Notes under the pieces: model-generated | Databases searched by the model: none | Told to the model about the DNA's origin: nothing | Seen by the model: only the letters and a program-made list of their open reading frames with translations | Translations under genes and position numbers: made by a program | Assembly: GCA_963733375.1 (NCBI GenBank) | Contig: CAVTDB010000009.1 | Location: forward strand, 96,001-160,000 | DNA length: 64,000 bases | From: Nitrospirota bacterium | Lineage (GTDB): Bacteria > Nitrospirota > JACRHJ01 | Direction of reading: 5' to 3' | Shown here: positions 21,098 through 32,496 of the stretch, one piece after another | Layout: each line of letters starts with the position of its first letter | How positions within the stretch are numbered: the first letter of the stretch is position 1

Positions 21098-23455
21098 ATG
21101 CCTAAACTGACAATAGACGGCCTGGAAGTCGAGGTCCCTGAAGGATTGAGCGTGCTGGAGGCGGCGAAGAAGCTGGGGATTGTCATCCCGCACTTCTGCT
21201 ACCACGACGCGCTCGGCTCCGTCGGGGCCTGCCGGCTGTGCGCCATGAAGTTCATCGAAGGCCCGGTGAAGGGCGTCCAGATGTCGTGCATGGTGAAGGC
21301 CGCGGACGGCATGGTGGTCCAGACGGCGGACCCTGACGCCATGCGCGTGCGGCGTATGGTTATCGAGTGGCTGATGACCAACCACCCGCACGACTGCCCG
21401 GTCTGCGACGAGGGCGGCATGTGCCTCCTCCAGGACTACACCATCGCGGGCGGCCACGGGCGGCGCCGGTACAAGGGTAAAAAGCGCACCTATCTCTCCC
21501 AGTACCTGGGCGAGTTCATCGAGCAGGAGATGAACCGGTGCATACAGTGCTACCGCTGTCACCGCTTCTACCGCGACTATGCCGGGGGCAAGACTTCGGG
21601 ACGAAGAGGATCGCGAACCAGACATTCTTCGGCAGGTTCAAGGACGGCTGGCTTGAGAGCGAGTTCTCGGGCAATCTGGCGGACGTATGCCCCACGGGCG
21701 TATTCACGGACAAGACTTACCGCTTCAAGGGCCGGATATGGGAGCTTGAAACCGCGCCTTCCGTCTGCCCGCACTGCGCGCTCGGCTGCAATACCATCCC
21801 GGGCGCGAAGCTTCGGGAACTGGTGGTCATAAAGGCGCGGGAGAACCTGAAAGTCAACGGCTGGTTCATCTGCGACCGGGGGCGGTTCGGATACCGCTCC
21901 CTGTCTTCGCAGGACAGGCCGAGGAAGTTCCTTGTAAATGGACAGGCGAAGGACAAAGACGATGCGGCGAAGGCGGCGGCCAGGATAATATCCGACACCC
22001 TTGCCGGTCACGGTCCAGGCTCGGTAGCGTTCATGGGCTCGCCGCGTACGAGCGTCGAAAATAATTATGCCCTGAGGTAAGCTCGCGGCCCTGATGGGGA
22101 CGGAAAATATCTGCTACTCCGCCGATCCCATGCGCGAAAGAAAAGACAGGCTTGCGGTCTCTAATCTAAAACCGGCCAATGGCCGGTCGCTTCGGGACGT
22201 GGAGTTTTCCGATTTCATAATCGCGGTCGGAGCGGACCCGGTAAACGAGGCGCCGATGCTGGCGCTTATGATGCGGCAGGCGGCGAGACGCGGCGCGAGG
22301 ATAACAGTAATAGACCCGCGTCCCGTGAAGCTGCCGTTTGATTTCACGCACGTCCCGGCCTTGCCTGAGGAGTTCAGGGATAAACTGGCGGAGCTGATAA
22401 AAAATGTAGCTATCCCCCCTCCCCCGCCCCTGCCCCGCCGGGGGAGAAGATAACGATAATCTGCGGGACGGACATCGCGGGAGCAGATGCGATAGACGCC
22501 TGCTCCGACTTGGCGGAAAAATCGAACTGCGGCCTTTTCTACACGCTTTCAGCCGCCAACTCGTTCGGGGCCGCCGTCATGGCCGGTAACGGTCCCGATT
22601 TTGAGGATATACTCGCGGGGATAGAGAAGGGCAAGGTAAAAACGCTTATCGCGCTTGAGTCGGACCCGCTCGGAATGTATCCGGACAGAGAAAGGGTGTC
22701 CCAGGCCGTCAAGAAGCTGGAAACACTCATAGTGATGGATTATTTATCCACGCAGACGGCAAGGGCGGCGGACATATTTTTCCCGACGGCGGCATATGCG
22801 GAGATGGACGGGATATTCGTAAACAACGAGGGCCGGGCTCAAGCCTTTGCGCAGCGCGTACATCCCGGGGATCCCCGTGAACACGATGGGGCCGAAGCTG
22901 CACCCGCCGAGGGAATTTGTCCCTGAAGTGCCCGGGCGGTCATACCCGGCGTGGGAATATGCCAGGGATATTGCACGCGTGCTGGAAATTGAATGCGGCG
23001 ACATTGAGTCGCTGGAAGCGATAAGGCAGTCATTGGCAGGTTCAGCGGCCGAGTTCGCATCAATCGGAGAGGTTAATCCGGAATCGCCGGGCGTGGTGAT
23101 AACGGCGGGATACGAATATTCTCCGCCCCCCGTCGCTCCGGCGCTGGCGGGCGAAGGGCTTATACTATATGCAATCGACCTGACTTTCGGCACTGAGGAG
23201 ATTTCTACCCGCTCGGATAAAACCCAGCTTAAGGCGCCCGCCCCGTATGTCCTGATGAATAACGAAGACGCAAGAGAATCGGGGCTTAAAGACGGGGAGC
23301 GGGTAAAAATAACGTCGGGTAATTTAAGCCTCTCATGCGACCTGAAGGTTAGCGGGTCATGCGCGAAGGGCGCGGCGTTCGCGCCTAGGCTGCACGGCTT
23401 TGATGCGGCGGCGCTTTCCGGGAAGAGGGTTAAAATTACCGGAGGCGCAAAGTGA
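21098..23455 (+). CDS. nuoG: NADH-quinone oxidoreductase subunit G, long form (several frameshifts)
   Basis: IPHFCYH...[25 protein letters not shown] and CPHCALGC (N7-type) motifs. Confidence 0.93.
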
Positions 23456-24463
23456 GTAATTACGCCATACCGTGGCTCATAATCATCGTAAAGGCCTTCC
23501 TGATCCTTTTCGTGACGCTGACGCTCGCGGCATACATGGTGCTGGCCGAGAGGAAACTTTTAGCGCGTATGCAGAACCGCTACGGCCCGAACCGCGTCGG
23601 TCCGTTCGGCCTTCTCCAGCCGCTTGCGGACGTAATAAAGCTCATCACGAAGGAGGACATCCTGCCGGACCAGGCCGATAAGTTTATCTACTTTATCGCC
23701 CCTGGGGTCGTGGCCGGGACCGTGCTTCTGACCTTTGCCGTGGTGCCGTTCGGGGCGCCTGTTACCGTGAACGGGACCACTGTGGGGATGCCGGTAATAG
23801 ACTTAAACGTCGGGGCGCTTGTATTTCCTCGCCATGTCCTCCCTGGGCGTCTACGGCGTCGCGCTCGCCGGCTGGTCGTCCGGGTCGAAGTACAGTCTTC
23901 TGGGCGGCATACGCGGCTCCGCGCAGATGATTTCCTATGAGCTGTCGATGGGTCTTTCTCTGGTCCCCGTAGTTATGCTGACCGGGTCCTTCAGTTTAAA
24001 CGACATCGTCGCCGCCCAGTCTCACATCCCATTCGTCGTCTATTCCCCGCTCGCCTTTATAATATTCCTGGTGAGCGTCGCGGCGGAGTCCAGGAGGATA
24101 CCGTTCGACCTGGCCGAGGCCGAGAACGAGCTGGTCGCGGGCTACCATACCGAGTACAGCGGGATGCGCTTCGGGCTTTTTTACATAGGCGAGTACGTGA
24201 ATATCATCGTGCTCTCCGCGCTCGCCGTCACCTTCTTCCTGGGCGGATGGCACGGCCCCGGCCCCGAGTGGCTCTCCGTATTCTGGTTCTTCCTGAAGGC
24301 GGCGGTGATAGCGTTCTTCTTCATCTGGATGCGGGCGACCCTCCCAAGGCTCCGTTACGACCAGCTCATGCACCTGGGCTGGAAGTTCCTCGTGCCGCTC
24401 TCGCTTTTGAACGTCCTTCTTACCGGCTTTCTGGCGCTACTGTTTAACTGGGGGCGTCTATGA
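23452..24463 (+). CDS. nuoH: NADH-quinone oxidoreductase subunit H (frameshift near 23820)
   Basis: ERK...[24 protein letters not shown] and PRLRYDQLM motifs. Confidence 0.95.
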
Positions 24464-24984
24464 AGGACCTCTTCACCGGGCTTTTCCAGGCGTTCGCTAC
24501 AACGCTGCGGGAGATGTTCAGGAAGCCCGTGACCATACAGTACCCGGAGCAGAAAAAGCCGCTCTCGGGGCGCGCCCGCTGGCGGATAGTCCTGACGCGC
24601 GACCCGGAAGGCGAGGAGAGATGCGTCGCATGCTATCTGTGCTCGGCGGTCTGCCCGGTCTCCTGCATATCCATGCAGTCCGCGGACAGGGGTGACGGCA
24701 GGCGATATCCAGCCTGGTTCCGCATAAACTTCGCCCGGTGCATACTCTGCGGGATGTGCGAGGAAGCCTGCCCCACGCTCGCCATACAGCTTACGCCGGA
24801 TTACGAGTTCTGCAAGTATAAGGCCCTGGACATGGTCTACGAGAAGGAGGATTTATTAATCGACGGGACGGGGAAGGACCCGGACTACAACTATTACAAG
24901 CACGCGGGCATCGGCGTGGTAAACCCGAAGGGGGAGAACCCGGACGAGTACGGGCCGGTGGACATCAGGAGCAACCTGCCATGA
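24460..24984 (+). CDS. nuoI: NADH-quinone oxidoreductase subunit I
   Basis: [17 protein letters not shown] and [12 protein letters not shown] motifs. Confidence 0.96.
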   Translation: MKDLFTGLFQAFATTLREMFRKPVTIQYPEQKKPLSGRARWRIVLTRDPEGEERCVACYLCSAVCPVSCISMQSADRGDGRRYPAWFRINFARCILCGMCEEACPTLAIQLTPDYEFCKYKALDMVYEKEDLLIDGTGKDPDYNYYKHAGIGVVNPKGENPDEYGPVDIRSNLP

Positions 24985-25478
24985 GCGCGCTCACTTTTTA
25001 TCTTCTTTCGGCGGCGGCGGTCTTTTCTACCCTGATGGCGATATCGAGAAGGGAACTGATACACGCGGTGGTTTATCTCGTGCTGTCGTTCTTTTCGCTC
25101 GCGCTCATCTTCTTCATGATGGGCGCGCCTCTTATCGCCGCGCTGGAGGTGCTGATCTACGCGGGCGCGATTATGGTGCTGTTTCTTTTTATCGTGATGA
25201 TGCTGGAGATGGGCGCGGCCTCCATAAAGTTGACCCCTTTCTGGAAGGTATGGGGGCCGGCGGTCTTTATTGCCTTTATAATACTTCTCAGCATGTCGCT
25301 CCTTTTCTTGGGCACGCCGGAAACCGCGGCCTCCCCCCCTGCGGCGTTCATATCGCCAAGGCAGTTCGGGCACGCGCTGTTCACGAAATATATGCTGGCC
25401 GTGGAAGCGGCGTCGCTTCTGCTCCTCTTCGCGCTAGTTGGCGCGCTGTACCTCGGAAAGAAGGATAACGATTTATGA
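24981..25478 (+). CDS. nuoJ: NADH-quinone oxidoreductase subunit J
   Basis: [17 protein letters not shown] motif; operon position. Confidence 0.95.
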   Translation: MSALTFYLLSAAAVFSTLMAISRRELIHAVVYLVLSFFSLALIFFMMGAPLIAALEVLIYAGAIMVLFLFIVMMLEMGAASIKLTPFWKVWGPAVFIAFIILLSMSLLFLGTPETAASPPAAFISPRQFGHALFTKYMLAVEAASLLLLFALVGALYLGKKDNDL

Positions 25479-25780
25479 TACCCCCGTTTTCACATGTCCT
25501 GATCCTCTCGGCTATCCTCTTCGGCCTGGGGGTGGTCTGCGTCGCGGTGCGCAGGAACCTCATCATGATACTCATCGGCGTCGAAATTATAATCAACGCC
25601 GCGGGGCTCGCGTTCGTCGCCGGGAGCATGCGCTGGAACATGGCGGACGGACAGATTTTCATGCTGTTCCTGGCGACGATGGCCGCCTCGGAGGTATCGG
25701 TCGGCCTCGCGATGATAGTCTACCTGCACCGTAAAAAGCAGAGCGTCAACATCGACCATTTCGACGACATGAAGGAATAG
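25475..25780 (+). CDS. nuoK: NADH-quinone oxidoreductase subunit K
   Basis: RRNLI...EIIINA and AASEVSVGLA motifs. Confidence 0.95.
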   Translation: MIPPFSHVLILSAILFGLGVVCVAVRRNLIMILIGVEIIINAAGLAFVAGSMRWNMADGQIFMLFLATMAASEVSVGLAMIVYLHRKKQSVNIDHFDDMKE

Positions 25781-27648
25781 ATGCACCCATCTTTTTACAT
25801 GCTGGCGCTCCCGCTCATCGGCGGGATTATAAACGCGGTCCTGGGATGGAAGCTGCCCCGCAGGCTTTCCGAATCCATTGCCTGCGCCTCCATCTTCCTG
25901 TCTTTCGTGTTCTCTATCCTGGCGTTCAGAGTCAGCCTTAAGGCCGATGTCTTCCTGTACAACTGGCTCTCGTTCTCGTGGTTCTCCGCGCCGTTCGCGC
26001 TCAGGCTGGACGCCCTCTCGCTCGTGATGTCCGTGATGGTCACGGGCGTATCTTTCCTCATCCACCTCTACAGCGTCTGGTATATGCGGGACGACCCCTC
26101 GTATGCCCGGTATTTTTCGCTCCTGAACCTGTTCGTGTTCTCCATGCTCCTGCTGGTGACGGCGTCCAACCTGCCGCTCATGTTCGTCGGCTGGGAAGGC
26201 GTGGGGTTTTGCTCGTACGCGCTCATCGGGTTCTGGTATGAAGACCCGGCCAATGCCGACGCGGGCAGGAAGGCGTTCATCGTCACCAGGCTCGGGGACG
26301 TGGCGTTCGGGGTTGCGCTGGTTTGGCTTTTCTATTTCGCCGGTTCAACGGACATAACGGCCATCAATGAAATGGCCGCGGCCTCCATGCCCGCCCGGAC
26401 GGCTTTTATAATCTCCATACTGCTGCTTGTCGGCGCGGCGGGCAAGTCCGCCCAGCTTCCCCTGACAGTCTGGCTGCCTGACGCCATGGCCGGCCCTACT
26501 CCCGTCTCCGCGCTGATACATGCGGCGACGATGGTGACTGCCGGGGCATATCTCCTTATGAGGATGTTCCCCATAATCAGTCTTTCCGAACCGGCCATGA
26601 TGGTTATCGCGGGCCTGGGCGCCGTCACCGCTTTTTACGCCGCGACCGCCGCACTCTACCAGCGGGACATCAAGAGGGTACTGGCCTATTCGACCATCAG
26701 CCAGATCGGTTATATGGTAGTGGCCGTCGGCGCGGGGAGCCTGTCCGCCTCGCTCTTTCACCTCATCGTCACACGCTTTTTTCAAGAGCCTGCTCTTCAT
26801 GGCGGCGGGCTGCGTCATCCAGGCGATGCACGAGGAGCACGACATATTCAAAATGGGCGGGCTGGCCCGGAAGATGCCGCTTGTTTTCGCATGTTTCCTG
26901 GCGGGCGCCCTCGCGCTTGCCGCCGCGCCCGGGACAGGCGGCTTCTTCAGCAAGGACGCCATACTCACCGCGGCGTTCATGCGCGGCGGATGGTTCTACT
27001 ACTCCATTTATGCGCTTGCTGGAGCTGACCGCGCTGCTTACGGTACTGTATATATTCCGCGTGGTATTTGTGGTGTTCGCGGGTCCGGAGAAGAAAGCGC
27101 CCGCAAGGATTCCCTGGGCCATGCCGGTGATACTCGTGCCGCTTGCCATATTGAGCATTGTCGGCGGGCGCGTTGACATGCCTGCGCTTTTCGGGGGTTC
27201 CGAGAGGCTCACGAGTCTTTTGCGCGCGCAGGGGCTGGCGGGAGAGGCGGTGGCGTCTGCGCCTGGCTTAAGCCTTCAGGTCATTGCCGCGCTTGTATTC
27301 GCGGCCGGCCTTGCGGCGGCATATTATTTCTATGTCGCCAGGCCTGAAAAACGGGAAGCCATGGCAACCGGACATGCCCGCCTCATCGACTTCATGGGGA
27401 AGGCCTGGCGCCTGGACGAGCTGTATTACAGGATATTTGTCCGCCCGTACAGGAAGATGGCGGATATCCTCTGGGTGCAGATTGACGAGGCTTCCATAGA
27501 CGCCTCGCTTGAGAAGACGGGAGAGGGCTTCGCGAGGCTTGGGACCTGGCTTCGCGGGGGCGTCACCGGCAAGGCCGCCGCGTATATCTCCTCCTTAGCT
27601 GCCGGGGCGGCGATTATCCTCGTCTATTTCTTGTGGGGGATGAAATGA
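25781..27648 (+). CDS. nuoL: NADH-quinone oxidoreductase subunit L (frameshifted)
   Basis: GWEGVG and GKSAQLPL.VWLPDAMAGPTPVSALIHAATMVTAG motifs. Confidence 0.95.
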
Positions 27649-29153
27649 GCGGGGCGCTTACGTTCCTCATATTCCTCCCGGCCCTGGCCGCCCTTCTGCT
27701 TCTTTTCGAGAAGAACGCGAAAATCGTCCGGTGGCTTGCCGTGTTCATTACCCTTGACGAGCTTATCGTCTGCCTCGGCCTGTACTGGCTCCGCTGGCAG
27801 GGGATGATGTTCTCCGGCCCGGACTTTCTTTATCTGGACCACCTCTGGATATCCCGGTTCGGGATACATTACGCGCTTATGATGGACGGGGTGAGCCTTC
27901 TGCTTGCGACTCTCACCGCGTTTTTGTTCCTGCTCTCGGTGCTTGCCTCCTGGAACCAGGTAAAGGAGCGGGTAGTGTTGTTCCACTGCATGCTGCTTTT
28001 CCTGGAGACAGGTATAATGGGCGTGTTCCTTTCAGCCGACCTCTTCCTGTTCTATATGTTCTGGGAGGTGATGCTCATCCCGATGTTCTTCCTTATCGGC
28101 ATTTGGGGGCACGGACGGAGAATATATTCCGCAGTAAAATTCTTCGTCTTCACCATTTCCGGAAGCCTTCTGATGCTGCTCGCCATAATCGGGATTTACA
28201 TCCTGCACGGCAGGCAGACCGGCGTATATACTTTTCTGCTCCAGGACCTTATCGGAACCACGGTATCGCCGGCGCTTTCGGCGGCGCTGTTCCTCGGGTT
28301 CCTCCTGGGGTTCGCCGTCAAGGTGCCGCTGTTCCCGCTTCATACCTGGCTCCCGGACGCCCACACAGACGCCCCGACGGCTGGAAGCGTCATCCTTGCC
28401 GGGCTGCTTCTGAAGACCGGCGCGTACGGTCTGCTCCGGGTGGCGTTTCCGCTTTTCCCGCAGGCTGCTAAGGCATTCCTGCCCCTGATATTTACAGTCG
28501 CAGTCATAGGCATATTCTATGCCTCCTGGGTCGCGCTTGCGCAGAAGGACATGAAAAGGCTGATTGCATACTCCAGCGTATCCCATCTGGCATATGTGGT
28601 GCTGGGGATTGCTGTCTGGAACGAGGTGTCGTTAGCTGGCTCGGTGCTCCAGATGGTGAACCACGGCATCACGACCGGCGCGCTTTTTATAATGGTCGGG
28701 ATGATGGACGAGAGGATGCATACCCGCGATATGAGAGCGTACGGAGGGTTGTGGTCGCAGGCCCCCGCCCTGTCCGCGTTCTTCCTGTTCTTCGTGCTCT
28801 CCTCTCTGGGGCTGCCGGGCCTTAATAATTTCGCCGGGGAGTTCCTCATCCTTACCGGGGTCTTCCGGGCGCACCCGTACCTCTCCGCGGCAGGTTTCCT
28901 GGGGATGGTCTCTACCCTCATATACCTGCTGTCGCTTGCCCAGAAGGTGCTGTTCGGCCCGCCGAAAGACTACACGGCTATCGGCTTCGGCGACTTATCG
29001 GGGCGGGAATTGGCGGTATTAATCCCGCTTGCCATACTCGTAGTGCTCATCGGGGTCTATCCGCACGTTCTCCTGCGCGTTCTGGAAATGCCGGTCAGGG
29101 ACATGGTAAACGCGGCCTCGCTAAGCACATATGCCGGCGGGGTAGCGCCATGA
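27645..29153 (+). CDS. nuoM: NADH-quinone oxidoreductase subunit M
   Basis: FWEVMLIPM, KVPLFPLHTWLPDAH and GLPGLNNFAGE motifs. Confidence 0.96.
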   Translation: MSGALTFLIFLPALAALLLLFEKNAKIVRWLAVFITLDELIVCLGLYWLRWQGMMFSGPDFLYLDHLWISRFGIHYALMMDGVSLLLATLTAFLFLLSVLASWNQVKERVVLFHCMLLFLETGIMGVFLSADLFLFYMFWEVMLIPMFFLIGIWGHGRRIYSAVKFFVFTISGSLLMLLAIIGIYILHGRQTGVYTFLLQDLIGTTVSPALSAALFLGFLLGFAVKVPLFPLHTWLPDAHTDAPTAGSVILAGLLLKTGAYGLLRVAFPLFPQAAKAFLPLIFTVAVIGIFYASWVALAQKDMKRLIAYSSVSHLAYVVLGIAVWNEVSLAGSVLQMVNHGITTGALFIMVGMMDERMHTRDMRAYGGLWSQAPALSAFFLFFVLSSLGLPGLNNFAGEFLILTGVFRAHPYLSAAGFLGMVSTLIYLLSLAQKVLFGPPKDYTAIGFGDLSGRELAVLIPLAILVVLIGVYPHVLLRVLEMPVRDMVNAASLSTYAGGVAP

Positions 29154-30595
29154 CGGTTATGGACTTCCATCGGCTCCTGCCGTATATGGTGCTCGGGATG
29201 GGGGCGGTCCTTATCCTCCTGCTGGGTGCGTTCTGGCGGTCCTTGGGCCCACGGCGTCTGAATATCCTGGGCGCGGCCATCGCGCTCGCCGCCGGGATCT
29301 CGGCGATATATACCCAGCCTTCCCAGGCCGAAATCGGTAACCTGCTGAGATACGACAGCTTCGGCAGGTTCTTCACCGCCGCATCGTCTTTCATCGCCTG
29401 CGTCTCACTTTTATTCTCCTCCGGGTACTCGACAAGGAGGCCCATCGGAGATGAGGAATTTCCCTCACTCGCCCTCTTCGCGGCATTCGGGATGTCGCTT
29501 CTCGCGTCCTCCTCGAACCTCCTTGGCGTGTTCCTGGGGCTTGAGAGCATGTCGCTTTCGCTCTACGTCATGCTGGCAAGCAACAAGTCGGACCCCCTGT
29601 CCGGAGAGTCCGGCCTGAAATACCTGATAATCGGCGCTATCTCCACCGCCTTCTTCGCGTACGGTCTCGCGCTGATCTACGCCGATACGGGCACGCTCTC
29701 TCTCGCCGGTTCGATTTCGTCTCTTTCAAGGGGTCAGGCAATCGGCGGCGTCGGCCTTGCCGGGTGGGCGATGCTTGTCGTGGGACTCGGGTTTAAGACG
29801 TCGCTCTTCCCGTTCCACCTCTGGGCCCCGGACGTCTATCAAGGCGGCCCCGCGCCGACTGTCGGTTTCCTGTCCACCGCGTCGAAGGCCTCGGTCTTTG
29901 CCGTATTCCTTAAGTTCACCCACGCCGCGGGGGCGGCATGGGGCGAGCTGTCCGTCGTACTTTGGGTCATGGCCGTTTTTACCATGGCCTTCGGAAATAT
30001 CGCCGCCCTTACCCAGAACAACGTCAAGCGGCTGTTGGCGTACTCTTCTATCGCCCAGATGGGATATGTCCTGGTAGCGCTTATCGCGGCTCCCGAGAGT
30101 GGCCAGTCGGCGGCTATATTCTATCTTGTCGCCTATAGCGCGATGGAGCTTGGAGCTTTCGGCGCAATCTCCGCATTCTCCGGAAAAGAGGGCGAGTTAG
30201 GCGACATAAGGGCCATTAAGGGAGTGGGCTTCAAATATCCGCTCAGGAGCGCCGCGCTCTCCATTTGTTTAATCTCGCTGGCCGGGCTTCCTCCGACGGC
30301 AGGGTTCATCGGAAAGTTCGGGATATTCTTTTCGGCCATGAGCGCCGGATATGTCTGGCTGTCTATAATAGGCATCCTGACGGCGATAATCTCCGTCTAT
30401 TATTATCTGCGCGTGGTCGTGTTCATGTACATGCGCGAAGAGGAAAAACAGGCGCTAACGGCCGCCGCGTTTCCCGCGGTCGATTTCCCCGCGGGGTTTG
30501 CCCTTGCCGCCCTTTCGGCAATAGTCATTTACCTGGGAATATTCCCCGGAAAATTGTTGGACTTAATCGCCTCCCTCGGGCAGTTGACCATTTAA
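29150..30595 (+). CDS. nuoN: NADH-quinone oxidoreductase subunit N
   Basis: PFHLWAPDVYQG, KRLLAYSSI and AGLPPTAGFIGK motifs. Confidence 0.96.
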   Translation: MTVMDFHRLLPYMVLGMGAVLILLLGAFWRSLGPRRLNILGAAIALAAGISAIYTQPSQAEIGNLLRYDSFGRFFTAASSFIACVSLLFSSGYSTRRPIGDEEFPSLALFAAFGMSLLASSSNLLGVFLGLESMSLSLYVMLASNKSDPLSGESGLKYLIIGAISTAFFAYGLALIYADTGTLSLAGSISSLSRGQAIGGVGLAGWAMLVVGLGFKTSLFPFHLWAPDVYQGGPAPTVGFLSTASKASVFAVFLKFTHAAGAAWGELSVVLWVMAVFTMAFGNIAALTQNNVKRLLAYSSIAQMGYVLVALIAAPESGQSAAIFYLVAYSAMELGAFGAISAFSGKEGELGDIRAIKGVGFKYPLRSAALSICLISLAGLPPTAGFIGKFGIFFSAMSAGYVWLSIIGILTAIISVYYYLRVVVFMYMREEEKQALTAAAFPAVDFPAGFALAALSAIVIYLGIFPGKLLDLIASLGQLTI

Positions 30596-30614
30596 CTTAG
30601 CATAGATTAAGCCG

Positions 30615-30647
30615 AAAAAAAAGGGCCCCGTGACGGGCCCTTTTTTT
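30615..30647. terminator. Bidirectional intrinsic terminator
   Basis: A-run, GGGCCC-loop-GGGCCC, T-run between convergent genes. Confidence 0.85.
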
Positions 30648-30686
30648 ATTTCCGTCCCCCCGAATGCGGGAATGACGATATATCGT

Positions 30687-31007
30687 TTACCTGAAATTGC
30701 TTTCTATGTATTCGGCGATGGCTTTGGCATCTTTGTCCGGGAGCGTCTTCTTGTCGAACTTCGTCATGCCGGGACCCGGATTACGCATCTTCTTCACGAT
30801 GTCACTCGCCGACTTTACCCCGTTATTCTCTCTATCTTTCCTCGATAGAGTCTTCTGCGGGTTTATGATGTTGCCGCCGTCTTTATGGCAGGCGGCGCAG
30901 TTCGCTTCGAAGAGCGCCTTCCCGTCGGGCTTTGCGGCATGTGCGGCGGTGGCGGCGGTGGCGGCGAAAACGAGGCCAAGCGAGAGTGCTATTATTTTCT
31001 TGCGCAT
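30687..31007 (-). CDS. Monoheme class I cytochrome c, c6-like
   Basis: Signal peptide, DGKALFEANCAACHKDGGN.I.P.KTL and GPGM axial Met. Confidence 0.9.
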   Translation of the reverse strand: MRKKIIALSLGLVFAATAATAAHAAKPDGKALFEANCAACHKDGGNIINPQKTLSRKDRENNGVKSASDIVKKMRNPGPGMTKFDKKTLPDKDAKAIAEYIESNFR

Positions 31008-31066
31008 CAGGTGTTCCCTCCTTTGTTTGAGATTTAGTTTATCCGGCGGTTTAAACCTTGTCAAAC

Positions 31067-31098
31067 AAAAAGCCCGCTATCTTTTCAGATAACGGGCG
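31067..31098 (-). terminator. Intrinsic terminator downstream of the small lipoprotein gene
   Basis: Minus strand GCCCGTTATCTGAAAAGATAGCGGGC followed by TTTTT. Confidence 0.7.
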
Positions 31099-31193
31099 AT
31101 GGATCCAGGTACGGACAATTAGCTGACAATTGCGTAAAACGTAATCCGCGCGATTATGACTTCCTAAGCTGCGCGGCTTTCTCCTCGTCGGAG

Positions 31194-31395
31194 TTATTTA
31201 CCCGGAGCAGGAGCGGGCGCAGGTGCCGGAGCAGGAGCAGCGCGTGGTCGAACCGCCCATTGCCGGAGCAGCCGGAGCAGGAGCCTCGGTCGGAGCGGGA
31301 GCGGGAGCAGGCTCTTCCGCCTTCTTGCCGCAAGACGCCAAAGAAAGCACCAGTGCGCCGGATGCCAACAGCACAACCAATTTCTTCATTTTCAT
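31194..31395 (-). CDS. Small Pro/Ala-rich lipoprotein (frameshift near 31243)
   Basis: Lipobox LASC, then GKKAEE and PA repeats; GGAG SD. Confidence 0.75.
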
Positions 31396-31645
31396 TCTTC
31401 GTCTCCTTTCATTAGAGTCAACTTGCCGGGCCAGCCGGTTCCAAAACATTCCAAAAGAGTTTAGTCAAAGCGATTCCCTTTGTCAACTAAGAAATTTTAT
31501 CTTTTCTAATTTATTTCATGCAATTATAGCACAAATTCCGGTTTTTTGGAGGACGCCGGGGGACCTTCCGGAAAAACCCTTGAAGAAGGGCCTCCCCTGG
31601 GATATAATGGCGCAGGACTTTATTCCTTGGGAGAGGTGACTTAAA

Positions 31646-31879
31646 ATGTCGATTGAAAAGATAGACGCACTGGAAGAGAGGATATCGAAGGTAGTCGAGC
31701 TGGTGAAGGCCCTGAAGGAAGAAAAGCTCCGCCTCCAGGACGAGGTAACGCGCCTTGGCGAGCAACTGAAAGCCTGTCAGGCGCTGGAGGAGGAGGCCTC
31801 GGTCCTCCGGTCCGAAAAAGAGCAGGTGCGCGAGAGGCTGGAGAAGCTGCTTCAGTCCGTTGAGGGTCTGGCGGTGTAA
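31646..31879 (+). CDS. zapB: Cell division protein ZapB-like coiled coil
   Basis: IDALEERI...VRERLEKLL heptads, directly upstream of zapA. Confidence 0.75.
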   Translation: MSIEKIDALEERISKVVELVKALKEEKLRLQDEVTRLGEQLKACQALEEEASVLRSEKEQVRERLEKLLQSVEGLAV

Positions 31880-31881
31880 CC

Positions 31882-32157
31882 ATGAAAAGTGCCGACGTGG
31901 AGATATTCGGGACTTCCTATACCGTTAAAGGCGATGCGGACCCGGAATACGTGCTGCAGCTCGCCCGGTATGTGGACGAGAAGATGCGTTCGCTCCAGAG
32001 GAAAAGCCCGCCCACGGCCAGCCCGCAGAAAATTGCGGTGCTCACTGCCGTCAATATAGCCGACGAGCTCTTCAAGCTCCGCAGGAGGCAGGCGGAGGTG
32101 GAGAACATGGTCCAGAAGAAGACCGGAGACCTCTTCGACATCCTCGACGGCGGCTGA
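31882..32157 (+). CDS. zapA: Cell division protein ZapA
   Basis: VEIFG.SY, LARYVDEKM and AVLTAVNIADELF motifs. Confidence 0.93.
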   Translation: MKSADVEIFGTSYTVKGDADPEYVLQLARYVDEKMRSLQRKSPPTASPQKIAVLTAVNIADELFKLRRRQAEVENMVQKKTGDLFDILDGG

Positions 32158-32217
32158 TTTTTCCCTTGAATTTTTCAGTCGGATAAAGTACCCTTATACT
32201 TGTTAAGGGCTTTTTTA

Positions 32218-32391
32218 TCCCCTGCCCGGTGCGTGATTACTGGGGGTTTTTTGACCAACGCTAACAAAAAGGGAGCTGGGCAGTCTGAAGAGGGTGTGCA
32301 TGCCCGCAAGGGAAGCCTGAACTCTTCATCCTGGCGCCCACCTAGTTTACCTAGGTTCAAAAACACTCTCTGACACGGCTTGGGCGGGGGC
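32218..32391 (+). ncRNA. ssrS: 6S RNA
   Basis: Terminal stem CCCCTGCCCGGTGCGTG...CACGGCTTGGGCGGGGG, TTGACC...GGTTCAA internal pairing, AGGGAGC motif; conserved position after zapA. Confidence 0.88.
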
Positions 32392-32395
32392 TGAT

Positions 32396-32457
32396 TTTCC
32401 GGGGCGGATATTCCTCCAAGTAGTTTTCGGGCGGATATCGTTTCCGGGGCGGATATT
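32396..32457 (+). repeat. Three short direct repeats TTTCCGGGGCGGATATT
   Basis: Copies at 32396, 32424 (degenerate) and 32441. Confidence 0.75.
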
Positions 32458-32496
32458 AAATCCTCGGGATGTTTTAAAGCTACCTCCGGGCGGCCC

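Noticed and set aside
12134-22080. In-frame TGA/TAA at 12134, 15316 and 22078 as selenocysteine or recoding
   Set aside because: Homology continues in a different frame each time, so these are indels rather than read-through; no Cys-equivalent position is involved.
32396-32457. Possible mini-CRISPR array
   Set aside because: Repeats are only about 17 bp with 2-11 bp gaps and there are no cas genes.
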